From Alkalispirochaeta sp. (GTDB taxonomy: Bacteria > Spirochaetota > Spirochaetia > DSM-27196 > Alkalispirochaetaceae): DNA of 64,000 bases. Both the position numbers and the translations under genes were made by a program. The notes under the pieces are model-generated. The model saw only the letters and a program-made list of their open reading frames with translations, was not told where the DNA came from and did not search any database. Position 1 is the stretch's first letter; the number at the start of each line of letters is the position of its first letter. Where the stretch lies: assembly GCA_965242725.1 (NCBI GenBank), contig CBDESZ010000030.1, forward strand, positions 64,001-128,000, read 5' to 3'. Positions 47,634-57,310 of this stretch are shown piece by piece.

Positions 47634-48512
47634 TTAATACACCGGTATTTCCCGATCCGCCTGATCCATAAGATTTTTCAGCCACGTTCTGGCTGCCGGG
47701 AGGAACGCGACGTCGCCGTCACGGTTCCACATCTCCATGAGGAAGTGACCGGCGTAATTCCACCGTTTCAGGACGCGGAAGAGACGGAGAAAATCCACAC
47801 AACCCTCGCCAAAGGGGACGTCCCGGAACTTCCCCGCCGATGATGCGGTTACCGGATGGGTATCCTTGAGATGGATCGCCGAAATGATTCCCTCCGTGAG
47901 TCCCAGTTCCAGTTCTTCCGCCGCATTGTCGTTCCAGGCGGAGAGATTTCCAAGGTCGGGGTAGACCGTCAGCCAGGGAGACGGGATGCGTCGTTTCACG
48001 TAGAGAAAACGGGAGATTGAGCTCATGTACCGGGTGTCCATGATCTCCACCGCGAGGGTCACGCCCCGGGTCGCCGCGTAGGCGACCGCTTCCGCAAGAT
48101 GGACGACAAATCGTTCCCGTGACTCGGGGGTGCTTTCCTCGTCGTAATAGACGTCGTATCCGGCGACCTGAATGATTCTCACGCCGATATCGCCGGCGAG
48201 GTCAATCGCCCGGTACATGAGTCCCACCCCTTCCGCGGCGATTTTCGGATCGCCGCTTCCCATGGGAAAGCGGCGGTTTCCGCTGAGGCATATGGAGGGA
48301 ACACGCACTCCGCTTGTTGCCACGACATCGCGGAACGCCTGGCGTTCGACCTGCGTCCACCGGAGTCTTGAGAGCCGTTGGTCCGACTCATCTATGGACA
48401 TTTCCAGAAAGTCGAAACCCAGGTCGCGGGTCTGTCGCAACAGGACGGGCCACTTCGCCGGCGGCAACGCCTTCTCGTAGAGACCGAAGGGAAGCGTGGC
48501 GAGATCAGGCAT
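47634..48512 (-). CDS. ulaE: L-ribulose-5-phosphate 3-epimerase (UlaE/SgbU family)
   Basis: GLYEKALP, EMSIDESD.RL.RL, CLSG.RRFP.GS, AGYDVYY, EIMDT, YPDLGN, HLKDT, EMW. Confidence 0.9.
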   Translation of the reverse strand: MPDLATLPFGLYEKALPPAKWPVLLRQTRDLGFDFLEMSIDESDQRLSRLRWTQVERQAFRDVVATSGVRVPSICLSGNRRFPMGSGDPKIAAEGVGLMYRAIDLAGDIGVRIIQVAGYDVYYDEESTPESRERFVVHLAEAVAYAATRGVTLAVEIMDTRYMSSISRFLYVKRRIPSPWLTVYPDLGNLSAWNDNAAEELELGLTEGIISAIHLKDTHPVTASSAGKFRDVPFGEGCVDFLRLFRVLKRWNYAGHFLMEMWNRDGDVAFLPAARTWLKNLMDQADREIPVY

Positions 48513-50001
48513 AGCGTCTCCAGACGGGATCCATGAGCGTTACCAGCTCCGCAAAGCGGGCCTGCTTTTTCCGCAGCATTGCTCCCCGCTCAGGATCGGG
48601 CGTGTAGGTATCCCTGATGGAGGTCATCCCTTTCATCGCGGCGGGATATCCGTCGTACGCACCAACCCCGACGGCAGCGCAAATCGCCGCTCCCAGCGCG
48701 CCGAGTTCCGACGCCGACGAGACTTTCAGGGGCAGTCCGAAGGTGTCGGCAAACATTTGCATCCAAACGGCGCTGCGGGTGGCGCCGCCGGCAAAGCGAA
48801 CGTGGTCGGGTTGTTCCGCGACGGAGAGGAGCTTGTTCATATGCCGGGCGTGCTGAAAAACAACACCTTCGTATATACCCCGAATTATCTGCTCCCGGCT
48901 TGTACCGGCACGAATGCCGAGAAAGGTACCCGACGCATCGGCACCGAGGTCGTCACCGAAGAGATAGGGGAAGAAGGTTACCCCCGTCTCCGGCGTTTCC
49001 GCGGCGGCGGTATTGCAGAAGGCGTAACGTTCGTCCACGGGAATCTCGGGCAGGAGTTTTTCCGTGAACCATTCCAGGTTGCTCGCCGATGTGGGGCTTG
49101 CCTCGTGGACAAGGCGCTGTCCCGGTACACAGTGCTCCTGAATGACGTACCGTTCCGCCGCTGCTATCGCGCGACTCACATCGGACGAGACAAAGGCGCT
49201 TATGCCCCACGTCCCGATCGTGCCCTGTATCTGGTTGGACGTTTCGACGCCCGTGGCGAGGGTACATGCGTTGACATCAAAGAGTCCGCCCATCACGGGA
49301 GTTCCCGCGACAAGACCGGTGGCGGCGGCGGCTTCCGCCGAGACCGTCCCTCCCCGATCGTGCGAATGGAGGATCGGCGGTATGGCGCCGTAGATTTCCC
49401 CGATACCGAGACGGTCAAGGATGTCCCGATCCACCCGGGACTCCAGATTGTTCCAGAATCCGGTGCCGGAGATATCGGTCCGTTCCGTCGCGGCCGTACC
49501 GGTGAGGAAGAAACGCAGCATGTCCTTGGCAAGGAGTACGGTACCGATCTTTTGATATCGCTCGGGGTGCCGTTCCTTGAGCCACACGAGAATGGGTGCC
49601 GTATGCCCCGGCCAGAAGGGCTGGAAGGTCCGAGCGTAAAAGAACTCATCGTAGTCGTCCTCGTTCATGAAGGACTCACCGAACTCCCAGCTCCGGGTAT
49701 CCATCGACAGAATCCCCTCCCCCGGCGTTCCGTCCCTGTCCAGGGTATAGAGCCCCTTTCCGTGACCGGTGGTGGCGATTCCGGCGATATCGCCGGCGGA
49801 GATCGCCGCTTTTTCAAGAGACTCCCGGACGGCGGTATAGGTGAGGCTTCGCAACTCGTCAAGGTCACGCTCCGCCTGCCCCGGCTCATCGGCGATGAGC
49901 CGGGTTCTCCGTCCGGCGGTACCGACCTCATTGCCGGAGGCGTCGAAAATCGACGCCTTCACCACCGTTCCGCCGATATCGATACCCATGAAGTAGGTCA
50001 T
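48505..50001 (-). CDS. FGGY carbohydrate kinase (L-xylulokinase/LyxK-like)
   Basis: GIDIGGT..K, TGHGKGLY, GTWGI, SPTSASNLEW, FAGGA.RS.VWMQMFAD. Confidence 0.88.
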   Translation of the reverse strand: MTYFMGIDIGGTVVKASIFDASGNEVGTAGRRTRLIADEPGQAERDLDELRSLTYTAVRESLEKAAISAGDIAGIATTGHGKGLYTLDRDGTPGEGILSMDTRSWEFGESFMNEDDYDEFFYARTFQPFWPGHTAPILVWLKERHPERYQKIGTVLLAKDMLRFFLTGTAATERTDISGTGFWNNLESRVDRDILDRLGIGEIYGAIPPILHSHDRGGTVSAEAAAATGLVAGTPVMGGLFDVNACTLATGVETSNQIQGTIGTWGISAFVSSDVSRAIAAAERYVIQEHCVPGQRLVHEASPTSASNLEWFTEKLLPEIPVDERYAFCNTAAAETPETGVTFFPYLFGDDLGADASGTFLGIRAGTSREQIIRGIYEGVVFQHARHMNKLLSVAEQPDHVRFAGGATRSAVWMQMFADTFGLPLKVSSASELGALGAAICAAVGVGAYDGYPAAMKGMTSIRDTYTPDPERGAMLRKKQARFAELVTLMDPVWRRYA

Positions 50002-50012
50002 GCTCGACTCCT

Positions 50013-51218
50013 TTACAGCCCGTTACTCAGCTGTTCCCGGGCATTGTCGGGACCAAAATGCTTCAGGATCACCATCGGTTCGTGGAGGCTGCGGTTGTGG
50101 ATGCGCACCCCTGACGTCGCCGCCGGATAGGTCACAAAGAACTCGTCCGAACTCATCTGTCCGAATCGAAGCATCGTCGCCGATTCGGCCTGTACGTCGT
50201 TGATTGTTCCGTACCCCTGTATGACAATCGCGCCATATGCGGCGGGATCCTTCACGGTCACCGTCGTGTTCGGCGGAACCGTCAGTTCCGTCGCGGAGAA
50301 GTATTCATTTCCGTAGACGATCCACCGCTCGGTGAAATCGGGACCCTTTTCCTCATCCGTGATGGGCGGCCGGAAATAATGACGACGGTAGTCGGGATCG
50401 ACATTCCTGTCCCAGTCCAGAAGGCTCATGATGTAGTCCATATCCCGTTTTTTGTCGTCCGGACAGCTTTCGACGAGAAAATCCCAGGGGTATATCTCAC
50501 CGGCAACGATGTTCTCGTGGACTGAGTTTACGTCGGCGTTCCACTGCGGTTCATAGGTCAGGTAACTTCCCGGCGCATGAGCGACTCCGGGTGGCGTGTA
50601 CCAGCCGGTGCCGAGCTGAAGGCGAAACGCCCTGGAGAGCTCGGTAATCCGGTTGTCTCCCTTTTCGAACATCTCCAGACGACGCCGCACTTCATCTCTG
50701 GTTACGCTCATGTCGTACCCGAAGTAGGTGTGGGGGAAGGTGCCTGGATGGTTGTTGAGCTGGGGCGGGAAAAAGTACGCCTCGGGTTTTCCAAGAAGGT
50801 TGATCGTTTCGGCATCCGCAAAGGAGAGATGCAGGTGGTGAAAGAGAGCGTCATTGTAGTCAAAGAACTTTGAGTACATCGGCCAGCCGCCGTGTTCCTT
50901 CAGAAGCCGTTCACCGATGAGATCGGCTTTCCCTTCCGCGACGACGTCCCGGAAGAGGACCCGTTTTTTTGCCTGATCATCAACGGCGACGTAACTCAGC
51001 CCTTCGTTTTCGGGAGCAAGGGGGCCGTTGTTGGCGGGGATCGTCGCGGTAAACCACCTTTCCTTCATCGCTCCCCGCTGCATTCCCAGAGCGAAATAAT
51101 CGTCGGGATGGAGTCGAAGGCGGCGACCCGCCACGCCGTTGCGCCGGGGTACGAAGGTAGGGACCATACGCAGGACACCGCTTTTCCGGTTGAGTACTGC
51201 TTCGATTTCGTTATTCAT
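50013..51218 (-). CDS. Uncharacterised cupin / phosphomannose-isomerase-like protein (paralog B)
   Basis: RLHPDDYFA, ERWF, MYSKFFD, HHLH, GKPEAY, HAPGSYLTYEPQ, ILKHFGP shared with 46335..47537. Confidence 0.8.
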   Translation of the reverse strand: MNNEIEAVLNRKSGVLRMVPTFVPRRNGVAGRRLRLHPDDYFALGMQRGAMKERWFTATIPANNGPLAPENEGLSYVAVDDQAKKRVLFRDVVAEGKADLIGERLLKEHGGWPMYSKFFDYNDALFHHLHLSFADAETINLLGKPEAYFFPPQLNNHPGTFPHTYFGYDMSVTRDEVRRRLEMFEKGDNRITELSRAFRLQLGTGWYTPPGVAHAPGSYLTYEPQWNADVNSVHENIVAGEIYPWDFLVESCPDDKKRDMDYIMSLLDWDRNVDPDYRRHYFRPPITDEEKGPDFTERWIVYGNEYFSATELTVPPNTTVTVKDPAAYGAIVIQGYGTINDVQAESATMLRFGQMSSDEFFVTYPAATSGVRIHNRSLHEPMVILKHFGPDNAREQLSNGL

Positions 51219-51245
51219 ATTCTCTCCTCCAAATAAAAAGTATTT

Positions 51246-52253
51246 CTATGTAAGATTTCTGAAGCTTTCGCGAATCACGATACTCGTGGGTATTTGAACG
51301 AGCGTTTCCGGCGGTGCGTAGGTCGGATCCTCCAGCTGTTCATGGATTATGTAAAATGCGCGCCGACAGAACTCTTCAAAGGACTGATCCACCGTGGTCA
51401 GTGACGGGGTAACCATTTTTGCGATCGGAACGTTGTCCATTCCCACGAGGGAAACGTCTTCGGGCACCCGTATTCCCTCCCGGGAAAAGACGTTGAGAAT
51501 ACCGATTGCCATCATGTCCGACTGCGCCCAGATCGCCGTCGGCAGAGGGTCGAGCCGGGCAAAGGCCTTCCCCGCTTCCAGCCCGCCGGCGTATTCAAAA
51601 TCCCCTTCCACATGGCAGGCGGCGGGCACTTCAATACCCGCCTCGGCGAGGGTATCCAGAAATCCCCTGTCCCGCTCACGGACGAGCTTTATGTTCTGTG
51701 GTCCCGTCACCGTGGCAATCGACCGATGACCGCCGTTGAGAAACATGGTTGCAACCATTTTCCCGGCGCCGTAATTGTTTGACTCTATGGAGGGGATCGT
51801 TTCGTGTTCAATGCCGCGGTCGATCACGACTATCGGCAACCCCCGTTCCTCGATGCGGTCCGGCAGATGGCTCGCATCGGAGACGCGGGAAAAGATGATT
51901 GCATCGACGTGACGGGACAGGAGGTCCTGGATGAATGCCCGTTCCCGTTCCGGGTCGTCTCCGGTATTTCCGATGATGAGGCCATATCCCATTTTTGCCG
52001 CTTCTTTCTCGGCGTAGTGGATGATCGTGGAAAAGGTGTCGTGGACGATTTTGGGCAGGGCCAGCCCGACCAGTTGTCCACTCCGGGAACGCAGACTGCG
52101 GGCGTTGAGATTGGGCCGATATCCGGTCTGCCCGATCGCATCGAGCACCCGCTGGCGAGTTGAAGGTTCAACATTGGCGCTGCCGCTTACAACCCGGGAA
52201 ACCGTTGAGATGGAGACGCCCGCCAGTTTGGCTACGTCACGAATCGACGCCAT
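51246..52253 (-). CDS. LacI-family transcriptional regulator
   Basis: SIRDVAKLAGVSISTVSRV, YRPNLNARSL, VPEDVSLVG.D, PSLTTV. Confidence 0.95.
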   Translation of the reverse strand: MASIRDVAKLAGVSISTVSRVVSGSANVEPSTRQRVLDAIGQTGYRPNLNARSLRSRSGQLVGLALPKIVHDTFSTIIHYAEKEAAKMGYGLIIGNTGDDPERERAFIQDLLSRHVDAIIFSRVSDASHLPDRIEERGLPIVVIDRGIEHETIPSIESNNYGAGKMVATMFLNGGHRSIATVTGPQNIKLVRERDRGFLDTLAEAGIEVPAACHVEGDFEYAGGLEAGKAFARLDPLPTAIWAQSDMMAIGILNVFSREGIRVPEDVSLVGMDNVPIAKMVTPSLTTVDQSFEEFCRRAFYIIHEQLEDPTYAPPETLVQIPTSIVIRESFRNLT

Positions 52254-52275
52254 GGAAAACTCCTGAGAACGACGT

Positions 52276-52289
52276 TGACAACGTTTTCA
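52276..52289. promoter_or_regulatory. LacI-type operator
   Basis: Near-perfect palindrome TGACAACGTTTTCA upstream of the LacI gene. Confidence 0.7.
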
Positions 52290-52391
52290 TCCTTCGAGAA
52301 TACCATAAATACGAGAATTGACAAGGGTGAAAGGAAAAAGCGCACTACTCCGATTTGCAGGAACTGCATTTCTCGGCATACCATAATGAGT

Positions 52392-53540
52392 ATGGATACA
52401 GGGACCACACAAATCATCGACGGACAGGAATCATGGACCATCGCGACCGGCGCGGTATCGGCGGCAGTCACCGTGAACGGCGGAATGATCGCACCGGTCA
52501 CCTTTACGCTTCACGACGGCAGGGGTGTCAGACCGTACTACGTCAATCCGTGGAAAGATGAAGCGGGTACGCGGGACGGCTCGATCGAACCTCCCGTGCT
52601 TCGTCCACTCAGGGGCGACTTCCTTTGCCTCCCCTTCGGTGCGAACAATGCCGCAGGCAGTGAGGACCACCTGCCCCACGGCGAGTCCGCCTGGGCGGCA
52701 TGGAATCTCGCCGAATCCTATGATGACGGACTCACCCTTGAAATGAAGTACACGGCGTGCTCCGGTACCGTGCGGCGGAATATACAGATCGGTACCGACG
52801 CTCCATGGATTCTCAGTCGCCATGAAATTACCGGTTTCTCCGGAGCGTATCCATTGGGAATGCACGCCATTCTCCACGGCGGCGAGAACGGGGCGATCTG
52901 GACGATTCAGACCAAGGCGTTCGACTTCGGCATGGTCGACCCCGAGTTCATACCGCCCTACGCAGACGGCGAGTATACCTCTCTCGCGCCGGGAGCGTTT
53001 TTCAACGATCTCAGAGAGATTCCGACGCGATGGAAAGACCCTCAAACGGCGGACTGTTCTCAATTTCCCGCACGTCGCGGATTTGTGGACATAATCGCTC
53101 TTTTTCGCCGCGCCGAAAGCGGGATTGCCTGGACGGTTGCAATCAACAATGAAGAAAATTACCTGTGGTATTCACTCAAGGACGCCTCTGTGTTGCCGGC
53201 GACGGTACTCTGGATGGAGGACAGCGGTCGCTACGGTGCTCCCTGGTCGGGACGGAACAGCTGCATCGGTATCGAGGAGACCTGTTCTTTCCTCTCAACC
53301 GGCCGGGCAGGCTCCATTCGTGGTAATGCAGTGAATCGACGGGGTATTCCCACTACGATCAACCTCTCGAAGGAAGATCCGACGGTGGTTTCCACCCTTC
53401 AGGGCGTTCTCCCGTTGGAGAACGTTGATATCTCGGTCGTCGATCTCGTCCGGGATGCGGGGCCGTCCGGGAACGGGTGGGCCTTTCTCCTATCCGACGG
53501 CAGGAAACTACCCCTGAACGCACCGGTGGACAGCTTGTGA
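52392..53540 (+). CDS. Hypothetical protein, probable galactose-mutarotase-like fold
   Basis: LRGDFLCLPFG, PHGE, LWM...GR..APW.GR..CIGIEE; divergent from lacI. Start 52392 or 52386. Confidence 0.65.
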   Translation: MDTGTTQIIDGQESWTIATGAVSAAVTVNGGMIAPVTFTLHDGRGVRPYYVNPWKDEAGTRDGSIEPPVLRPLRGDFLCLPFGANNAAGSEDHLPHGESAWAAWNLAESYDDGLTLEMKYTACSGTVRRNIQIGTDAPWILSRHEITGFSGAYPLGMHAILHGGENGAIWTIQTKAFDFGMVDPEFIPPYADGEYTSLAPGAFFNDLREIPTRWKDPQTADCSQFPARRGFVDIIALFRRAESGIAWTVAINNEENYLWYSLKDASVLPATVLWMEDSGRYGAPWSGRNSCIGIEETCSFLSTGRAGSIRGNAVNRRGIPTTINLSKEDPTVVSTLQGVLPLENVDISVVDLVRDAGPSGNGWAFLLSDGRKLPLNAPVDSL

Positions 53541-54823
53541 AGTACTCACAACCCTGTTGATACGGCCGCCAGGAGATCCCGGGCCGCATACCTGGGTACC
53601 CTGACGGTCGTACCTTTCTGCCCCTTCTTCCACCGCACCGGCGGCGTCGCGACCTGTGCAAGAAAGACCTCCCGGATCGAGTCCGGTATCGCCTGCCGGG
53701 TCACCCGGTATCGTCGGGTATAGAACCGTTCATTCAACCCGCGGATCAATTCCGACGAGATCCCCGCCGCAGAGGCGTGACTTCCCATCTCTGCCCGCTT
53801 CTCCCGCCACGGCCGCACGCAGTTATGGTTCCACCCGAATACCCACGCCCGATGCATCTGGATCGTTCCATGACGCCCGAAGGCGATCGTCTCCCGGGTA
53901 TGTTCCTTCTCCCGGTGCCGCAACAGCCGGTCAACATAGTTTACCGGAAACAACCGGTTCTCCATCGTCCGCGGGGCACTCCCCGCGGTCCGGATATGCG
54001 TCAGCTGCCCCGCCGACCGGAGATGCCGGTAACAGTCGTTCGACCGGAGAACCGATCGATACACCGGGTGTTCGTCGGTGTCGATAACAATCGGTGCCGT
54101 GCAGGTATATCGGACATAGTCGAGTATTTCACGACACAACAGAGAGATAGCGCTCCCCACCGCCCCCTTCGTCGGGGACCATACGGCGTACTTTCGCCGC
54201 CGTCGTCGCCGTTGTCGGGATGTCATGGTACCGCCCCGACGGGTGATGGTATGGGTCATAGTCAGGATCATCTCACCGGTTCGACTGACCACCGTGGTGA
54301 TATCGCAGGGGTAGTCCTGGGAGGTCACGAATGACCGCAGGCCGTCGAAGACGACATTCCGGAGGGGTGGCATGGTATCCAGCAGATGGATATGCCCGAT
54401 CATTGCCTGACGACCGAGGCGCAGAACGGCGTTTCGTATCGCTGCCGGAGAGACGTGGTAGCGGGTCGCCGCTTCGCGCATGGAGGCGCCGCCGGTGAGG
54501 GTGGTGGAGATCGCCTTGAGGGGGAGGCGTCGTTTGGCGTAGTAGTGCATGGATTCGGTCTGATCACTGAAGGTCTTGCCGCAGGCGATACAGCGATAGC
54601 GCGGGACGGTTCCGTGGGCCACTGTATCGTAGGAGCCGAAGCGGACGCGCCAACGGGGCGGCGGATGGTGGAAATGGCGACAGGCAGGATTGGAACAATG
54701 GGTCGGAATGGGCATGAGGGATACCTCCGGGGGACGGATCGGGAACCCGCAAAGTTGGGTTCCCGTCATAACTCCCTACACACCAATGACTACTGTCACT
54801 TTTTCAACACGCTTGTGAATACT
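53541..54823. mobile_element. Insertion sequence (~1.28 kb) with 22-bp imperfect terminal inverted repeats
   Basis: Left AGTACTCACAACCCTGTTGATA vs right revcomp AGTATTCACAAGCGTGTTGAAA (18/22; 21/25 if the flanking TGA/TCA is included). Single transposase ORF inside. Confidence 0.8.
53546..54715 (-). CDS. Putative transposase (IS1/IS1595-like: Zn ribbon, HTH, DDE-type core)
   Basis: CSNPAC...RYRCIACGKTFS, SMREAA HTH, VVFDG, IDTDEH..Y, RET.AF, HN..RP. SD GGAGGT. Confidence 0.78.
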   Translation of the reverse strand: MPIPTHCSNPACRHFHHPPPRWRVRFGSYDTVAHGTVPRYRCIACGKTFSDQTESMHYYAKRRLPLKAISTTLTGGASMREAATRYHVSPAAIRNAVLRLGRQAMIGHIHLLDTMPPLRNVVFDGLRSFVTSQDYPCDITTVVSRTGEMILTMTHTITRRGGTMTSRQRRRRRRKYAVWSPTKGAVGSAISLLCREILDYVRYTCTAPIVIDTDEHPVYRSVLRSNDCYRHLRSAGQLTHIRTAGSAPRTMENRLFPVNYVDRLLRHREKEHTRETIAFGRHGTIQMHRAWVFGWNHNCVRPWREKRAEMGSHASAAGISSELIRGLNERFYTRRYRVTRQAIPDSIREVFLAQVATPPVRWKKGQKGTTVRVPRYAARDLLAAVSTGL

Positions 54824-54829
54824 TCAAAC

Positions 54830-55264
54830 TTACTCCACCACCCCTTTCTTCAGGATGACGTTGGCGTAGAGCGCCGATTCGCCAGTTGCAAGAATGGCGA
54901 ATGCCTTTTGGGAGCGCTCGTAAAATGCAAAGCGTTCAACCATGTCAAACCCTTCCGCAATCCTGGCCGGCTGATGTCGCGTTACGATTTCCCGATAGCG
55001 GTCCCAGACGGTGGGCACCGTCTTGTCGCCGGGAACCACTTCCATAAGGGCAACCGGCTTGGGTACAAACCTGTCGAGGGGGAAAAGGGGCAGAATCGCC
55101 TCAAGCAGATCGGCGACTCCATGTCCATCCGCACGGATCAATCGAGCGGCCATTGAAGCGGCGGGGAAATTGCCGTCTCCGATCACCAGTTCGTCGCCAT
55201 GTCCCATTTCAGCAATCACCTTCAACAGCTCCGGGCTGAGCAGCGGAGAAATTCCTGTGAGCAT
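54830..55264 (-). CDS. fucU: RbsD/FucU family mutarotase
   Basis: LSPELL...EMGHGDELVIGDGNFP, PLD, ERFAFYER, TGE...YAN.ILKKGV. Confidence 0.9.
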   Translation of the reverse strand: MLTGISPLLSPELLKVIAEMGHGDELVIGDGNFPAASMAARLIRADGHGVADLLEAILPLFPLDRFVPKPVALMEVVPGDKTVPTVWDRYREIVTRHQPARIAEGFDMVERFAFYERSQKAFAILATGESALYANVILKKGVVE

Positions 55265-55285
55265 CGTTACCTCCTGTCGGATCGT

Positions 55286-56134
55286 TTAACCGAAAATTTT
55301 TTCCAAAGCGGCACGCATGACCGTCGGGTCGGGGTCGACACCGGTCCAGTACTGAATGCCGATTCTTCCCTGGTTTATCAACATGCCCAGTCCATCTATG
55401 GTCGTACATCCCGCAGCTTTTGCCCGTTGCAGAAACGGCGTGCGCGGCGGGTTGGGAATGACGTCGGCTACGATCGTTTCCCGGGAGAGCGAATCAAAGT
55501 CGACGGGGGCGCATCCATCCACATCGGGATACAGTCCCAGGGAGGTTGCATTAATGAGCACGTCCACGCCGTCTGGTAGAGGAATCGGATCGGACCACTC
55601 TTTTCCCTCTACCTTCACACTGAGACGGGAAGTGAGATGGTTCACCAACTCCTGAAGACGGTGGGGATCCCGATTGACGATTGTCAGTTTTGAAACACCC
55701 GCGAGGGCGAGTTCCACGGCGATCGCCCGGGACGCGCCGCCGGCGCCGATGATCATCGCGTGCCTGCCCTTTGGATCGGTCAATTCCCGAAGAGATTCAA
55801 GAAAGCCGCGACCGTCTGTGTTTTCGCCGATAAGTGACGAATCGCGGCGGACGACACAATTGACGGCGCCGATCAATTCGGCGGACTCTCCCAGACCGTC
55901 GAGGTGGGGTATTACCGATACTTTGTGAGGAATGGTGAGGTTGAAACCGCCGAAACCCATTGCTCGCGCGCCCTCTACTGCCGCCTTGAGCTCGTCCGGT
56001 ACCACTTCAATCGTCAAATATCGCCAGTCCAGGTTGTGGTGCCGATAGGCAGCTTCCACCATGACCTGTGTGGGATTTTCCGCAACGGGATGCCCGAAGA
56101 CGGCGGTGAGTCCCTGTTTGAAATTCAGTTCCAT
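55286..56134 (-). CDS. aroE: Shikimate dehydrogenase family protein
   Basis: GFNLTIPHK, IGAVN, GENTDG.GF, GAGGA.RA, NATSLG, DGLGML..QG; N-terminal HPVAENPT differs from canonical HS.SP. Confidence 0.8.
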   Translation of the reverse strand: MELNFKQGLTAVFGHPVAENPTQVMVEAAYRHHNLDWRYLTIEVVPDELKAAVEGARAMGFGGFNLTIPHKVSVIPHLDGLGESAELIGAVNCVVRRDSSLIGENTDGRGFLESLRELTDPKGRHAMIIGAGGASRAIAVELALAGVSKLTIVNRDPHRLQELVNHLTSRLSVKVEGKEWSDPIPLPDGVDVLINATSLGLYPDVDGCAPVDFDSLSRETIVADVIPNPPRTPFLQRAKAAGCTTIDGLGMLINQGRIGIQYWTGVDPDPTVMRAALEKIFG

Positions 56135-56144
56135 ATGTCGCTCC

Positions 56145-57287
56145 TTATCGCTGTGTTTTGTCCGACGGCCAGTCCAGCCAGGTGCCGCCTTCAACGCCGC
56201 TGCGTATGACCAGATCGGAAAAGATCATACCCGTCACTCCGTCTGCGATACCGGGTACGTTGGGAACGTCGGTTTCCCGCACCCCCTTGCGGATGCTTTC
56301 GAAGGTATCGGCGTAAATATTGGCAAATGCCTCAATGAGTCCTTCCGGATGACCTGGAGGCAGACGAAATCGGTAATTCGATGCACCCGATGCGACGGTC
56401 ATACCTGAATCGTACACGACCTGAGATAGGTCCCGGTTCCTGATTGTCAACTGGTTTGGTTGCTCCTGCCGCCATTCAAGTGACGCCTTCTCGCCGTATA
56501 TGCGTATTTTCAGGGCGTTCCGTTCACCCGTCGCGACCTGGGAGGCAAGAAACACGGCATCCACACCGCCCTCCAGCTCCGCCATCACCGTCATGTCGTC
56601 ATCCAGCTCGTTCGCCTCCAGATAGGTCCTGGTCCGTGCGGACAGACGCCGAATGGATCGGCCGGTGATGTACCGGGAGAGATTTTCCGCGTGTGTGCCG
56701 ATGTCGGCAGTGGTACATGCGATACCGCTGACCGCCCGCTGTGTCCTCCACGGCATCTGTGACCGGTCTGTCACGCCATGGTACGCACTGAGCCATCCCT
56801 GCAGATACTCCACCACCACTTTGTACACCCGTCCAAGTTTCCCCTCAGCGACCAGATCGCGGGCCTGACGAACCATTGGATATCCGGTGTACGCGTGGGT
56901 GACTGCAAACGGTCGTTTTCCCCGGTGCACAAGCTCTGCCAGCTTCAACGCTTCTTCCACCGTTGCCGTCAAAGGCTTGTCGGCGACAACGGGAATGCCC
57001 GCGTTCACAAAAGGAACGATTTGCTCATAGTGAGCGTTGTTGGGGGTCATGACGGAGACCCAGTCCAGCTCAGTCTGGGCAAGAAGCTCTTCCACGGATG
57101 CGTAACACCTCTCCGCCGGAACTCCGTGGAGCGCGCCGGATTCCTCGTTCCGACGGGCATCGCGGGAAAACACGCCCGCTACTATCTCTGTGTTCCCATC
57201 CATCGCGATGGCGGTGGTGTGGACCGAACCTATGAGAGATCCAATACCGCCGCCGATCACCGCTCCACGCAACCGTCTTCCGGTCAT
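56145..57287 (-). CDS. Gfo/Idh/MocA family oxidoreductase
   Basis: IGGG.GS.IG..H, TPN..H, DKP, YTGYPMV, EY.QGW, DIGTHA, PPGHPEG. Confidence 0.9.
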   Translation of the reverse strand: MTGRRLRGAVIGGGIGSLIGSVHTTAIAMDGNTEIVAGVFSRDARRNEESGALHGVPAERCYASVEELLAQTELDWVSVMTPNNAHYEQIVPFVNAGIPVVADKPLTATVEEALKLAELVHRGKRPFAVTHAYTGYPMVRQARDLVAEGKLGRVYKVVVEYLQGWLSAYHGVTDRSQMPWRTQRAVSGIACTTADIGTHAENLSRYITGRSIRRLSARTRTYLEANELDDDMTVMAELEGGVDAVFLASQVATGERNALKIRIYGEKASLEWRQEQPNQLTIRNRDLSQVVYDSGMTVASGASNYRFRLPPGHPEGLIEAFANIYADTFESIRKGVRETDVPNVPGIADGVTGMIFSDLVIRSGVEGGTWLDWPSDKTQR

Positions 57288-57310
57288 GAATTCGTACCCC
57301 CAATCGTTTC

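Noticed and set aside
48496..50130. 544-aa plus-strand ORF (also 39845..40768, 41636..42649, 22153..23169, 23589..24512, 6725..7600)
   Set aside because: Antisense shadows of well-supported genes in GC-rich DNA; no recognisable motifs.
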